Source of the DNA: an uncultured Verrucomicrobiae bacterium
GTDB taxonomy: Bacteria > Verrucomicrobiota > Verrucomicrobiia > Chthoniobacterales > UBA10450
NCBI GenBank assembly: GCA_963815455.1
Contig: CAWFGO010000001.1
Location: forward strand, 1,440,001 to 1,504,000
DNA length: 64,000 bases
Direction: 5' to 3'
A program made the translations under genes and the position numbers. Each line of letters begins with the position of its first letter. Within the stretch, counting starts at the first letter, position 1. The notes beneath the pieces are model-generated. The model searched no databases. It was not told the DNA's origin and saw only the letters and a list, made by a program, of their open reading frames with translations. This document shows positions 52,762-61,497 of the stretch, in pieces.

Positions 52762-53199
52762 TCATCGATTGGTTAGGCGGTTAAGGTTATCGCGAGCCCA
52801 ATGTCCTGGATCGAGTTCCAACGCGCGGCGGTATGACGACGCGGCATTCTGCGAGTCTCCCAGCTCGTTCTGCGCGTTGCCGAGCGCCGCGAGCACATCG
52901 GCAGAAAGATCAGAGGTGAGCGCTCTCTCAAAGCACGCAATAGCAAGCCGAGGCTCTCCGCGCTGACTATGCTCGAGGCCAAACTGGTAATGGACCTCAC
53001 GGACGTCTTCGGCGGTGAGCCAATCAGGGAGCGGCAGGGCGTAGCACGAATCACACACCGTGATCTCACCCACTGAAGTGTCAATGACTGCACACGGGCT
53101 TGCCGTCTTATCGATGACAAGCGATTCGCCGTCGTCAGTGGTCCAACGCTCCGCTGGCGCCTCTGGAATTTCAGCGCGACAGAGAGAACACGTGTGCAT
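52762..53199 (-). CDS. cassette 5: CxxC-CxxC (Zn-ribbon-like) + TPR protein
   Basis: 'CSLC', 'CDSC'; TPR 'AALGNAQNELGDSQNAASSYRRALELDP'. Confidence 0.7.
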   Translation of the reverse strand: MHTCSLCRAEIPEAPAERWTTDDGESLVIDKTASPCAVIDTSVGEITVCDSCYALPLPDWLTAEDVREVHYQFGLEHSQRGEPRLAIACFERALTSDLSADVLAALGNAQNELGDSQNAASSYRRALELDPGHWARDNLNRLTNR

Positions 53200-53341
53200 A
53201 TCGCCTAACGAGAATAAGCTGAGCGACCGCCACCGAGAGCGAGCGTGGCTTCGAGTGAAACTGTTTTGATCATCTGAAATGTGAACACGCGCCGGGTGGC
53301 GGTTAGCTCGAGCGATTGGTTAGATGAAGTGCGTTGCAAAC

Positions 53342-53681
53342 TCATTGTTTTGTCTCGGCTTCGTAGTGTTCCTGGCAAACTGGACAGTAAACTGCGACCT
53401 CTTTGTCGTGATAATCTGCCGAGCGAGTTCGCTGCTGAAAGTAAACAAGGCTGTTTGGGTATTTCCACTGAGCGCGATAATCTGCTTCACCGGGATCAAT
53501 GGTGCCGCGATCAAAATGACTCCAAGCATAGACGACAGCGCGTTTCAGCGGGACGTGATGAATGGAGCAGACACCCGAAGCCAACGACGCTTTGCGAACG
53601 GAGTCGAAGTAAACTTGATGTTGTGCCTCCGTCGCACACGATGCCAGGAGTACCGGCGAAACAGGCGACCGGGAACTTCAT
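53342..53681 (-). CDS. cassette 4: secreted Cys/His protein (frameshifted)
   Basis: ATG at GTTAGATG; later frame 'CSIHH..YPNS..YCPVC'. Confidence 0.55.
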
Positions 53682-53802
53682 CTAACGAGACGGAGCTGAG
53701 CGACGGCCACCGAGGGCGAGCGTGGCTCGAAGGGAAAATGTTTTATCAACTCAAAAGATGAGCGCAGAGCGGGTGGCCGTTCGCTCGAGCGATTTGTTAG
53801 AC

Positions 53803-54254
53803 GATTGGCCGTCCATGTGAAATGTGGTAGGAGACCGCAGCCCGAAGACCCATGCACGCGATGACGAGAAATGTCTTCAAATAGCGAGAGTCGCCTAAGG
53901 AATTCGTAAATAGCCAGTGTACGCTCCACGCAGAGAGCCGTCACCAAGGGGTGCTCGGAAGAAGATCGGCAGTGGATGAACAAAATAGCGCCACAACGTA
54001 AAAGTGAATAATACACATCAGTAATGCGGGCCAGGCACGACGGATGCGATAACGCAACAAAGCGATAAGGCGGCAGCAGCGAACAGAGCGATCTCAACGG
54101 AACTGGTGACGACGTATCGCCTCGCAAAGGAGCCGATGAGCGGACTGTAGGTGAATCGGGGCTGAACTGCGTGGGGTATCCACAACGCTTGCTGCACGAT
54201 GGCAATGAGCCAAAACGTGACTGTGAGAATTGTCGCGATGCGGATGATGCGCAT
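53803..54254 (-). CDS. cassette 3: membrane protein (probably frameshifted; end uncertain)
   Basis: Hydrophobic ORF 54018..54254 with hydrophobic continuation. Confidence 0.5.
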
Positions 54255-54384
54255 AAGGTCTAACGAGACGGAGCTCAGCCGCCGCTCTGGGAGCGAGGCT
54301 GCGCTCCAGTTGAGAATAGACTAATCAAAATCGACATCGACGCGCAACGCCAAAGAGCGGTTGGCTGGAGCGAGTTGTTAGACC

Positions 54385-54753
54385 TCATTTCAATATGCCG
54401 CGCTTTCTAAGGAACCAGCCGATGAAGAACATCAAGATCGCGCTCGCGAGTGAAGTGGGAACAATGAGCCTAAGTGGCATATGCTCTCCAAAATAACACA
54501 AGAGTCCGGAGATAAGGAGGCCGACAATGGCAATGGTCCCAAATAACGTCTTACTCACGGGTAAATGAAGAACTGCATGAAGGCAGTTATCGCTCCAACC
54601 AAGAAAGCCAACCCCAATGCACCAAACGAACTGCCTATAAGTCAGGCCGCGAATAAGCTCGGGCCGGTTGCGGGTCCAGAAGTAGGCAAAGGTGGTGCTG
54701 AGCATCAGCATCCCTCCAACGATAAGGTCCGAAATATTTAGCGGATGGCTCAT
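54385..54753 (-). CDS. cassette 2: 4-TM membrane protein
   Basis: Fills cassette. Confidence 0.72.
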   Translation of the reverse strand: MSHPLNISDLIVGGMLMLSTTFAYFWTRNRPELIRGLTYRQFVWCIGVGFLGWSDNCLHAVLHLPVSKTLFGTIAIVGLLISGLLCYFGEHMPLRLIVPTSLASAILMFFIGWFLRKRGILK

Positions 54754-54827
54754 GGGTCTAACGAGAACAAGATGAGCGACGGCGGACGAGAGCGCGCGTC
54801 GCTCGCAGTGGAAGGGTGGAAGTCATC

Positions 54828-55142
54828 TCAAAATGTGGATGTGGGGCGGTCCGCCGTTCGCTCCATCGCCTGGTTAGGCCTTCGGTGGCGAACCCGCTGC
54901 CCGTGTATGCAACCACCAAGATAAATGCACGCAATCACCGCGAACGCCGTCCCGAAAGAGTAGCGAGAGAGCAAGAAGCTCATAAGCGCAAGAGAGACAA
55001 ACAGCGCAATACTAAGAATCCAGAACTTGATCGAAAGCTCGTGGGTCTTCAGTGGAGGGCGTGGTCGGAGCGACTGGCCGCGGAGCCAGCGCAAAGAGAG
55101 AATCGCACCTGAGAGCACCAGCCCTGCGAGCAACCCGATCAC
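54828..55142 (-). CDS. cassette 1: membrane protein, reads into attC
   Basis: 3 hydrophobic segments; start may be ATG 55177 with a frameshift. Confidence 0.62.
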   Translation of the reverse strand: MIGLLAGLVLSGAILSLRWLRGQSLRPRPPLKTHELSIKFWILSIALFVSLALMSFLLSRYSFGTAFAVIACIYLGGCIHGQRVRHRRPNQAMERTADRPTSTF

Positions 55143-55179
55143 GGCGCATTTAATGAGGTCTGAGAAATCGGACGCATTG

Positions 55180-55236
55180 GCCTAACGAGAATTAGACGAA
55201 GGTTCGTAATTAAAGGCGAACATTTTTTCGTCTAAC
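55180..55236 (-). other. attI: attI site at the 3' end of intI
   Basis: Minus strand GTTAGACGAAAAAATGTTCGCCTTTAATTACGAACCTTCGTCTAATTCTC-GTTAGGC; a core site with no attC left half, preceding cassette 1. Confidence 0.75.
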
Positions 55237-56248
55237 TAGGTTGAGGGTTCGAAGGGGGGCGGCAGTCGACAGGGCTGCGTACCCCCAGGCCGGGTTTATC
55301 CAATACATGAGTGTAAATCATTGTGGTTGAGACATCTTTGTGTCCAAGCAGTGCCTGAACGGTGCGAATATCGGAGCCGGCCTGGAGCAAATGGGTGGCA
55401 AAACTGTGTCGAAAGGTATGACAACTGGCCGGTTTGGCAATCCCGGCCCGTTGAATCGCCAGTTTTACCGCGTTTTGGAGGTTTTTTTCCTGAACGTGAT
55501 GCCTGCGAATCTCTCCCGAGCGCGGGTCGAGCGAGAGCTTGGCGGCCGGGAACACATATTGCCACGCCCAAGAGCGATCGGCGTTGCGATATTTGCGGGC
55601 CAAGGCGAAAGGCAGGTAGACTCTGCCCCGGCCTGCGGCGAGGTCCTGCCGGTGCAGCGCTCGCACCCGGCCAAGGTGCAGGTGCAATTCTTCGCGTCCT
55701 GCTTCCGGCAGAAGGGTAACTCGATCGCGCTGGCCTTTCCCGTCGCGAACAATAATCCGGTTGAGCCCCAAATCCACATCCTTGACGCGCAAGCGCACGC
55801 ACTCCATCAGACGCAGTCCGCTGCCGTAGAGTAAAAGGGCCATGAGATGGTATTCGGCTCTGAGTTGCGCGAGCACTGCGTGCGCCTCCTCCGGGGTGAA
55901 GACGACTGGAATTTTGGCTGGCCGTTTGACCCGCTCCGCATCGATGAAGTCGAGTTTTGTATTCAGTACCTCCTGATAAAGGAACAACAGAGCGGACAGA
56001 GCCTGGTTCTGAGTGGACGCAGCCACATGTTTGTTTACGGCCAGATGAGTGAGGAAACGGGTAATCTCCTCTTCGCCCATTTCGTTGGGGTGGCGTTTGC
56101 GATGAAAGAGGATGTAACGCCGGATCCAATCTAGGTAGGCCTGCTCGGTGCGGATGCTGTAGTGTTTTACTCGCAATTGCCAGCGAACGCGGTCGAGCAA
56201 CTTGGGCGACGAAGCGACGGTGGCGGTGGAGGGCGGCACGGTCGCCAT
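55232..56248 (-). CDS. intI: integron integrase
   Basis: '[10 protein letters not shown]', '[10 protein letters not shown]', R-K-HxxR-H-Y residues, integron-specific insertion '[19 protein letters not shown]'. Confidence 0.97.
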   Translation of the reverse strand: MATVPPSTATVASSPKLLDRVRWQLRVKHYSIRTEQAYLDWIRRYILFHRKRHPNEMGEEEITRFLTHLAVNKHVAASTQNQALSALLFLYQEVLNTKLDFIDAERVKRPAKIPVVFTPEEAHAVLAQLRAEYHLMALLLYGSGLRLMECVRLRVKDVDLGLNRIIVRDGKGQRDRVTLLPEAGREELHLHLGRVRALHRQDLAAGRGRVYLPFALARKYRNADRSWAWQYVFPAAKLSLDPRSGEIRRHHVQEKNLQNAVKLAIQRAGIAKPASCHTFRHSFATHLLQAGSDIRTVQALLGHKDVSTTMIYTHVLDKPGLGVRSPVDCRPPSNPQPS

Positions 56249-56374
56249 TTATCCCAAATCCGTTACCGGAAGGCAAGAATTTCGAGGAAGTTCGCGAAGG
56301 CGAGGGCGCGAGCGGGGTGACTTTTTACAGAAGGCAACGAAGGAAACTAAGGGACGAACCGGGAAACACGCGGT

Positions 56375-56700
56375 CATCCGCCCTCGTGGCGACTACGGCG
56401 CGACAGGCAGGGCCGTGGCTACAGAAGAGAGGATCATTGCGGGCGACACCCGCCACGGCGGGCAGGCTCGCGCAACTAGACTAGGGAAAGGACACGGCGA
56501 CGCAGCGCCCCGCACACGGCGGGCAGGCTGTGGCTACAACAGATCGACGGTCGTAGACCGCCGCTACAGGAGAGGAAAACGATTGCGGGCGACACGCCCG
56601 CCTCTACACCGAGAGAAGGCACGGCGGCGGTGCGCCCCGCACACGGCGGGCAGGCTGTGGCTACAACAGATCGACGGTCGTAGACCGCCGCTACAGGGGG
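56375..56700. repeat. cluster of REP-like repeats upstream of intI, including a ~65-bp direct repeat
   Basis: CCCGCACACGGCGGGCAGGCTGTGGCTACAACAGATCGACGGTCGTAGACCGCCGCTACAGG at ~56508 and ~56636; several CTAC-ended hairpins. Confidence 0.8.
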
Positions 56701-56773
56701 AAGTGGGATTCCGCGAGCTGGGGAGCGGATACGAGTTTGATCTGCGTCAATCCGCGTAATCGGCGGTTTTTTC

Positions 56774-57331
56774 TTACTTCGTCTTAGCGATGCCGATTAC
56801 GCCGCAGGCGATTCGGGCTCCGGCGTCCCCGGATGGCTGCGATTTGAGGTCGTCCGGCTTGGCGTGAATGATCACGGAGCGGCCAATGACGGATTCCTTG
56901 TCGTGCGCGGGCGAGATCGAGATATGATGATCCAGATAGTCCAGGGTCGCCTTGCCGGAGGCGTCGGCTTCAATGTTGCCCATGTCGCCCTCGTGACGCT
57001 CGCTGGCATCGGGGCCGGCGTGGGGACTGTTCGTCGGATTGAAATGGCCGCCGGCCGAGCTCAAATCGGCCGCGCTGCAATCGCCAAACTCATGGATATG
57101 AAATCCGTGTTTGCCTGGAGCCAGCCCGGTGAGTTCGGCGTGGACACGGACGCCGTCGGCTTCTTCCTTCAAGGTGACGGTCCCCGCCACCTTGTTGCCT
57201 TCGGTGGCATGAAGCACGGCGATGGCGTTGGACGGGTCCGACGATTTTTCGTCCGTTCCCTGGGCCAGAGCGGTGACGCTCGAAAGGGACAGACACAACA
57301 GTGCGATTAACGATGGCGACGATGGGTTCAT
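56774..57331 (-). CDS. sodC: Cu/Zn superoxide dismutase
   Basis: 'HGFHIHE', 'GGHFNP', 'RHEGDMGN', 'IHAKPDD', 'GARIACGVI'. Confidence 0.95.
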   Translation of the reverse strand: MNPSSPSLIALLCLSLSSVTALAQGTDEKSSDPSNAIAVLHATEGNKVAGTVTLKEEADGVRVHAELTGLAPGKHGFHIHEFGDCSAADLSSAGGHFNPTNSPHAGPDASERHEGDMGNIEADASGKATLDYLDHHISISPAHDKESVIGRSVIIHAKPDDLKSQPSGDAGARIACGVIGIAKTK

Positions 57332-57397
57332 GGACCTCTTATATTCAAGTTTGTTCGGTTAGTCCATCTCAGACGCAGGGGGCTTCTTCTCCAGGCC

Positions 57398-57485
57398 GTA
57401 GTGTCCGCTGTCTGAGCGGAAAAGGGCAATGCGCTGGGGACAGCGCATGCTACAGAAATCGCGGCGTCTGACACAGACGCCCTAC
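57398..57485. repeat. GTAG/CTAC REP-like hairpins
   Basis: GTAGTGTCCGCTGTCTGAGCGGA..TGCGCTGGGGACAGCGCATGCTAC; GGCGTCTGACACAGACGCCCTAC. Confidence 0.65.
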
Positions 57486-57610
57486 AATTCCTGGCTTTTG
57501 CGCCAAAGCATTTCGTCCGATTCTATCCGCGTTATCCGCGTAATCCGCGGTTGTCGAACCAATCGACAAGCGCTCCGAATCGAAATATCGTGCCCTGTTC
57601 CTTTTATAAG

Positions 57611-58261
57611 ATGGCTACGCTGCACGACTCCGACGCTTCTCGTTACGAACACGCGGCTCACGGCCTGCGCCGCCGCGATCTCGATCCCGACCCGATCAAG
57701 CAGTTCGGGAATTGGTTTACGGCGGCGATTGAAGCCGGCATCCGTGATGTCAATGCAATGAGTCTCGCCACCGCCGGGCGCGACGCCAAGCCCTCGGTGC
57801 GGATCGTCCTCCTAAAAGGATTCGATCAGGACGGGTTCGTTTTCTTTACCAATTATGGCAGCGAGAAAGGCCGGCAGCTTGACGGAAACCCGTACGCGGC
57901 GCTCGATTTTTATTGGATTGAATTGGACCGGCAAATTCGGATCAGCGGCCGTGTCGAGAGAACTTCGCGGGAGGAATCCGACCATTATTTTCGTTCCCGG
58001 CCGGTGGGCAGCCAGCTTGGCGCCTGGGTTTCGCGTCAAAGCGAAGTGATCGATGGCCGCCGTGTGCTCGACGCGCGCCTGGCCGAAATGACCGAGCGTT
58101 TCGGCGATAAGCCGATTCCATTGCCGCCGCACTGGGGCGGTTACCGAGTTAAGCCGGACACCATCGAATTTTGGCAGGGCCGCCCGAATCGTTTGCACGA
58201 CCGATTTCGCTACACGCGACAGGCGGATGGCAGGTGGCTGATTGACCGGCTGGCGCCGTGA
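57611..58261 (+). CDS. pdxH: pyridoxamine 5'-phosphate oxidase
   Basis: 'RIVLLKG', 'FFTNYGSEKG', 'EFWQGRPNRLHDR'. Confidence 0.95.
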   Translation: MATLHDSDASRYEHAAHGLRRRDLDPDPIKQFGNWFTAAIEAGIRDVNAMSLATAGRDAKPSVRIVLLKGFDQDGFVFFTNYGSEKGRQLDGNPYAALDFYWIELDRQIRISGRVERTSREESDHYFRSRPVGSQLGAWVSRQSEVIDGRRVLDARLAEMTERFGDKPIPLPPHWGGYRVKPDTIEFWQGRPNRLHDRFRYTRQADGRWLIDRLAP

Positions 58262-58315
58262 GTGTTCCAGCGAACTAATGACGAAGCTCGATTCGTCATT
58301 TTTTGGGCGGCATCC

Positions 58316-58831
58316 ATGAAGAAGAATATCGATACCATCGACATCGTCCGCGGCGATATTACCAGGCTCGATGTCGATGCCATTGTAAACGCGGCCAACA
58401 GCATGCTGCTCGGTGGCGGCGGCGTGGATGGCGCAATTCATCGCGCTGCCGGTCCCGATTTAGTAGCCGAATGCCGCACGCTCGGTGGTTGCCGGCCGGG
58501 CGAAGCGAAATTGACTCGCGGTTATCGTTTGCCGGCGCGTTTCGTCATTCACACGGTCGGACCGGTTTGGAAAGGCGGAAATAATGGCGAGCCCGATGTG
58601 CTGGTCAATTGTTACCGCAATTCGTTGCAGTTGGCCGCCGACAACGGAATCAAAACCGTGGCTTTTCCGGCAATCAGCTGCGGTGCCTATGGTTATCCGG
58701 TTGCGGAAGCGTCACGTGTTGCCATTGAAACGACTCGAGATTTCCTGACGGCGAACAATAAGATCGACAAGGTGATTTTTGCCCTCTTCGACGAAGATAT
58801 CTACGAAGCGTACCGACAGTTGCTGCTGTAG
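58316..58831 (+). CDS. macrodomain O-acetyl-ADP-ribose deacetylase (YmdB-like)
   Basis: 'GDIT', 'VNAAN', 'GGGVDGAIH', 'HTVGP', 'FPAISCGAYGYP'. Confidence 0.92.
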   Translation: MKKNIDTIDIVRGDITRLDVDAIVNAANSMLLGGGGVDGAIHRAAGPDLVAECRTLGGCRPGEAKLTRGYRLPARFVIHTVGPVWKGGNNGEPDVLVNCYRNSLQLAADNGIKTVAFPAISCGAYGYPVAEASRVAIETTRDFLTANNKIDKVIFALFDEDIYEAYRQLLL

Positions 58832-58894
58832 CGGCGCTCTCTGACCGCCGTAATTCTCTCCAAATATATGCGACGGTCAGAGACCGCCGCCACA
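58828..58894. repeat. REP doublet of the family found upstream of intI
   Basis: GTAGCGGCGCTCTCTGACCGCCG..CGACGGTCAGAGACCGCCGCCAC. Confidence 0.65.
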
Positions 58895-58905
58895 TCTGCG
58901 ACGAA

Positions 58906-59214
58906 TCAAAAACCGCTGCGGATTCCCCGGTCCGGATCGCGGGGCCCGATGTCGTTGCTCAACTTGGCCCAGGCCGCGTGGACGGCATGCCGGGCATGAT
59001 CCCACGGAAGGGCCGAGCCTGGGCTACTCCGCTCATAATTGAGCTCAAGATCGTTCTCGATCTCATGGTAAGCCTTGCCCGGATACTCGTGGAACCCCTC
59101 ATAACCGGTGCGATAGGCTGCGGCATATTGCTCGTAACTTTTCCCCGGTTTCGCGAACGGCTGTTTCTGATGATGTTCGCGCCAATGGGCTTCTTCCTTG
59201 ATTAGATCTGCCAT
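58906..59214 (-). CDS. hypothetical protein
   Basis: AGGA RBS; 'EEAHWRE..YAAAYRTG..LPWDHARHAVHAAW'. Confidence 0.75.
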   Translation of the reverse strand: MADLIKEEAHWREHHQKQPFAKPGKSYEQYAAAYRTGYEGFHEYPGKAYHEIENDLELNYERSSPGSALPWDHARHAVHAAWAKLSNDIGPRDPDRGIRSGF

Positions 59215-59320
59215 TGTTCTTCCTTTCTTCTTGGTGTCTATTGTTTGGACAATCCAACTGCCCGGATGTTTGAGGAAATGCGATTGGGCGCCGGGCGTGA
59301 ATTTAACTGGAGGAATAGAT

Positions 59321-59809
59321 ATGAGTTTTCCTGATAACGACGATTTTGTTGAAGACCAACCCATGGCCGCGCCGTTGCGACGTTCCCGAGAAGCGAAATC
59401 TGTCCGAGGCCGGCTCCGCACCGCGAGTCGGAAGGTTTCGGCCGGGGCCGGCGACAAGTGGAAGCAAACCACCGCAAAAGCGGGTGCTGCTCGCGAACGT
59501 ACGGAACTTTTCCTGCGCCAGAACCCGGTGCCGACCATCCTCGGCGCGCTTGCCGTCGGCCTGGCGATTGGCCTGGCTATCCGTTACGCCGCGACATCGG
59601 ATGAGCGGGAAGACCGGCGGTCTGCGCTCGGCAACGCGAACTGGGGCTTTCTCTCGTTGCCGTTTCTCCTGCCGCTGTTCAAGTCGCTTAGAGAAAGATA
59701 CGAAGATTCCGCCGATGCCGTCCGGGGCGGCGTCGATCGATTGAAAAAGATCGACATCGACGATTACGCCAAGCCGATCCGCAAACGCTGGAATTCCTGG
59801 ACGCACTGA
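59321..59809 (+). CDS. DUF883/YqjD-like membrane-anchored protein
   Basis: GGAGG RBS; 'LRQNPVPTILGALAVGLAIG'. Confidence 0.6.
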   Translation: MSFPDNDDFVEDQPMAAPLRRSREAKSVRGRLRTASRKVSAGAGDKWKQTTAKAGAARERTELFLRQNPVPTILGALAVGLAIGLAIRYAATSDEREDRRSALGNANWGFLSLPFLLPLFKSLRERYEDSADAVRGGVDRLKKIDIDDYAKPIRKRWNSWTH

Positions 59810-59827
59810 GCGTCTACAACGCGCTCC

Positions 59828-60034
59828 GTCATCCCGAGTCTCGCAGACGACGAGGGACCTCACAGTTGATCGGTAACGTGCAAACGTCCAGAACGTGTGA
59901 GCCGGCACCAATTGCGTTACGAAATACAAGAAGCGGGAACGCAAGCGTTCGCAATATCAACGCAGCGGCAAGGAGCATCGGACCATTCGAGCGCAAGACG
60001 CTCTCGCGGGGTCCTTCGCTTCGCTCAGGATGAC
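59828..60034. repeat. GTCAT/ATGAC palindromic repeat, copy g (long spacer)
   Basis: GTCATCCCGAG..GAGGGACCTC..GGGGTCCTTCGCTTCGCTCAGGATGAC. Confidence 0.75.
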
Positions 60035-60202
60035 AGCAAATCTTGCGAAGGCGTTCTTACCCACTAAACACACGAAAAGCTCGAAAGTCGGGAATTCTCC
60101 ATTTCGTTTGTTTGGCATGTTTCGTGGGCCACAAAAATCCGCGCCCATCCGCCAAACTTTTTGGCGTGGAGTTCGAACGCTTCTCGATGCTAATCTCGCC
60201 GC

Positions 60203-61363
60203 GTGCTGTCGTTCAGAACATGCGCGGTTGCCTTGATTTTCCTTTGCGCCGCAACTGTTTCGGCCCAGGAAATTAAGCAGACCCGCGAAAATAGCGGGGA
60301 ATTCGTCGGCGCGATCGGTTGCAAATCATCCAGTTGTCACGGTGGCGCCGGACCGAAACGCGAGCAGTACACCATCTGGTCCCGCCAGGATTTTCACGCC
60401 AAAGCCTTCGCCATTTTGACTTCCGCGCGCTCGGCCCGAATCGCCGAAGGCCTTAAAATATCGGAAGCACAATCGAACGCGCGTTGCACAGTTTGTCATT
60501 CGCCTTTTCAAACTGTCGCGCAGACTCGCCTCGCTTCGACCGCGCATCCGGACGAAGGCGTCTCGTGCGAGAGTTGCCATAGCGCGGCCGGATCGTGGTT
60601 GCGCGGTCATACCCGGCCCGATTGGACCTACGCCATGCGCGTTTCCGCCGGAATGCGCGATCTGCGCAGTCTTTATGTGCGAGCAAATACTTGCGTGGCC
60701 TGCCACCAGAACATCGACAACGCGATTCTAAAGGCGGGTCATCCCGCGATGGCGTTCGAGCTCGACAGTCAGTCGATCGATCAACCGAAACATTGGCGCG
60801 ACGAAGATCCCTGGATCGGTCCGCGGACGTGGCTCACCGGTCAGGCAGTGGCGTTGCGCGAAGCGGCCTGGGGTTCGCGCACCGAGACCGATCTCGCCAC
60901 GGCGAGTCCGTCCACCGGCGGACCGGCGCCGGACATGCAGGAGACTTCTCTCGCGCTGGCCTGGCTGCTGGCAAAAGTGACGGCTGCGGATTCTGCTTTG
61001 CCGAAAATCGTCGAGCCGGCTTCGTCCGATCTCGAACCTTTGCAAAAACAAGCTGACGATTTGGCGCGTCGAGCGGCGCAATGGAATCCGAACATGGAGA
61101 CGACGATGTCGATGTTGCGCGCGCTGGCCGCAACCGATGGCGAGTTTGCGGCGCGCACTCGGTCTGGCGAATTTCCGTTTTATCGGGCCCGGCGCGTTGT
61201 TTTGGCGCTCGAGCGTCTGAGCGCCGCCATTAATCAGAATCGGGCCGAACCGCTCAAGATCGACAAGGAGCTGCAAATCCTTCGCGAGGATGTGCGCACG
61301 CCCGAGAATTTCGCGCCGGCCCGTTTCGCCGAACATTTGCGCGCCGTTCGGGCGAAGCTGTAG
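60203..61363 (+). CDS. multiheme cytochrome c (c554-like)
   Basis: CKSSSCH, CTVCH, CESCH, CVACH; signal peptide. Confidence 0.85.
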   Translation: MLSFRTCAVALIFLCAATVSAQEIKQTRENSGEFVGAIGCKSSSCHGGAGPKREQYTIWSRQDFHAKAFAILTSARSARIAEGLKISEAQSNARCTVCHSPFQTVAQTRLASTAHPDEGVSCESCHSAAGSWLRGHTRPDWTYAMRVSAGMRDLRSLYVRANTCVACHQNIDNAILKAGHPAMAFELDSQSIDQPKHWRDEDPWIGPRTWLTGQAVALREAAWGSRTETDLATASPSTGGPAPDMQETSLALAWLLAKVTAADSALPKIVEPASSDLEPLQKQADDLARRAAQWNPNMETTMSMLRALAATDGEFAARTRSGEFPFYRARRVVLALERLSAAINQNRAEPLKIDKELQILREDVRTPENFAPARFAEHLRAVRAKL

Positions 61364-61497
61364 GCGGGGACATGCGGAAGCCTGTACTTCCGGAGTTGGA
61401 CGAACTTCTGCGCGTCCTTTTGCATTGACTCGGCAAACTGCGCTCGAATTGGATATTTGAACGCGTCCCCATCCTCGCGGAAAGTGTCGATCTTCGC

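Larger units (their letters stand above)
40917..54879 (-). repeat. 25 attC recombination sites
   Basis: 40917-41012, 41453-41576, 42010-42133, 42444-42566, 42854-42977, 43338-43461, 44001-44109, 44568-44691, 45031-45154, 45490-45614, 45973-46095, 46396-46519, 46977-47100, 47511-47633, 47925-48049, 48442-48564, 48959-49061+50587-50606 (IS-split), 51162-51257, 51698-51821, 52255-52378, 52657-52778, 53203-53325, 53680-53802, 54258-54383, 54756-54879; R and L boxes with extrahelical base, mostly 122-126 bp. Confidence 0.95.
40451..56248 (-). mobile_element. chromosomal integron: intI, attI and 26 gene cassettes
   Basis: Integron integrase followed by single-ORF units delimited by RYYYAAC..GTTRRRY attC sites, all on the minus strand. 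Confidence 0.97.

Noticed and set aside
40917..54879. attC array as CRISPR or tandem repeat
   Set aside because: Repeats are ~124-bp imperfect palindromes separated by whole ORFs; no cas genes; intI is adjacent
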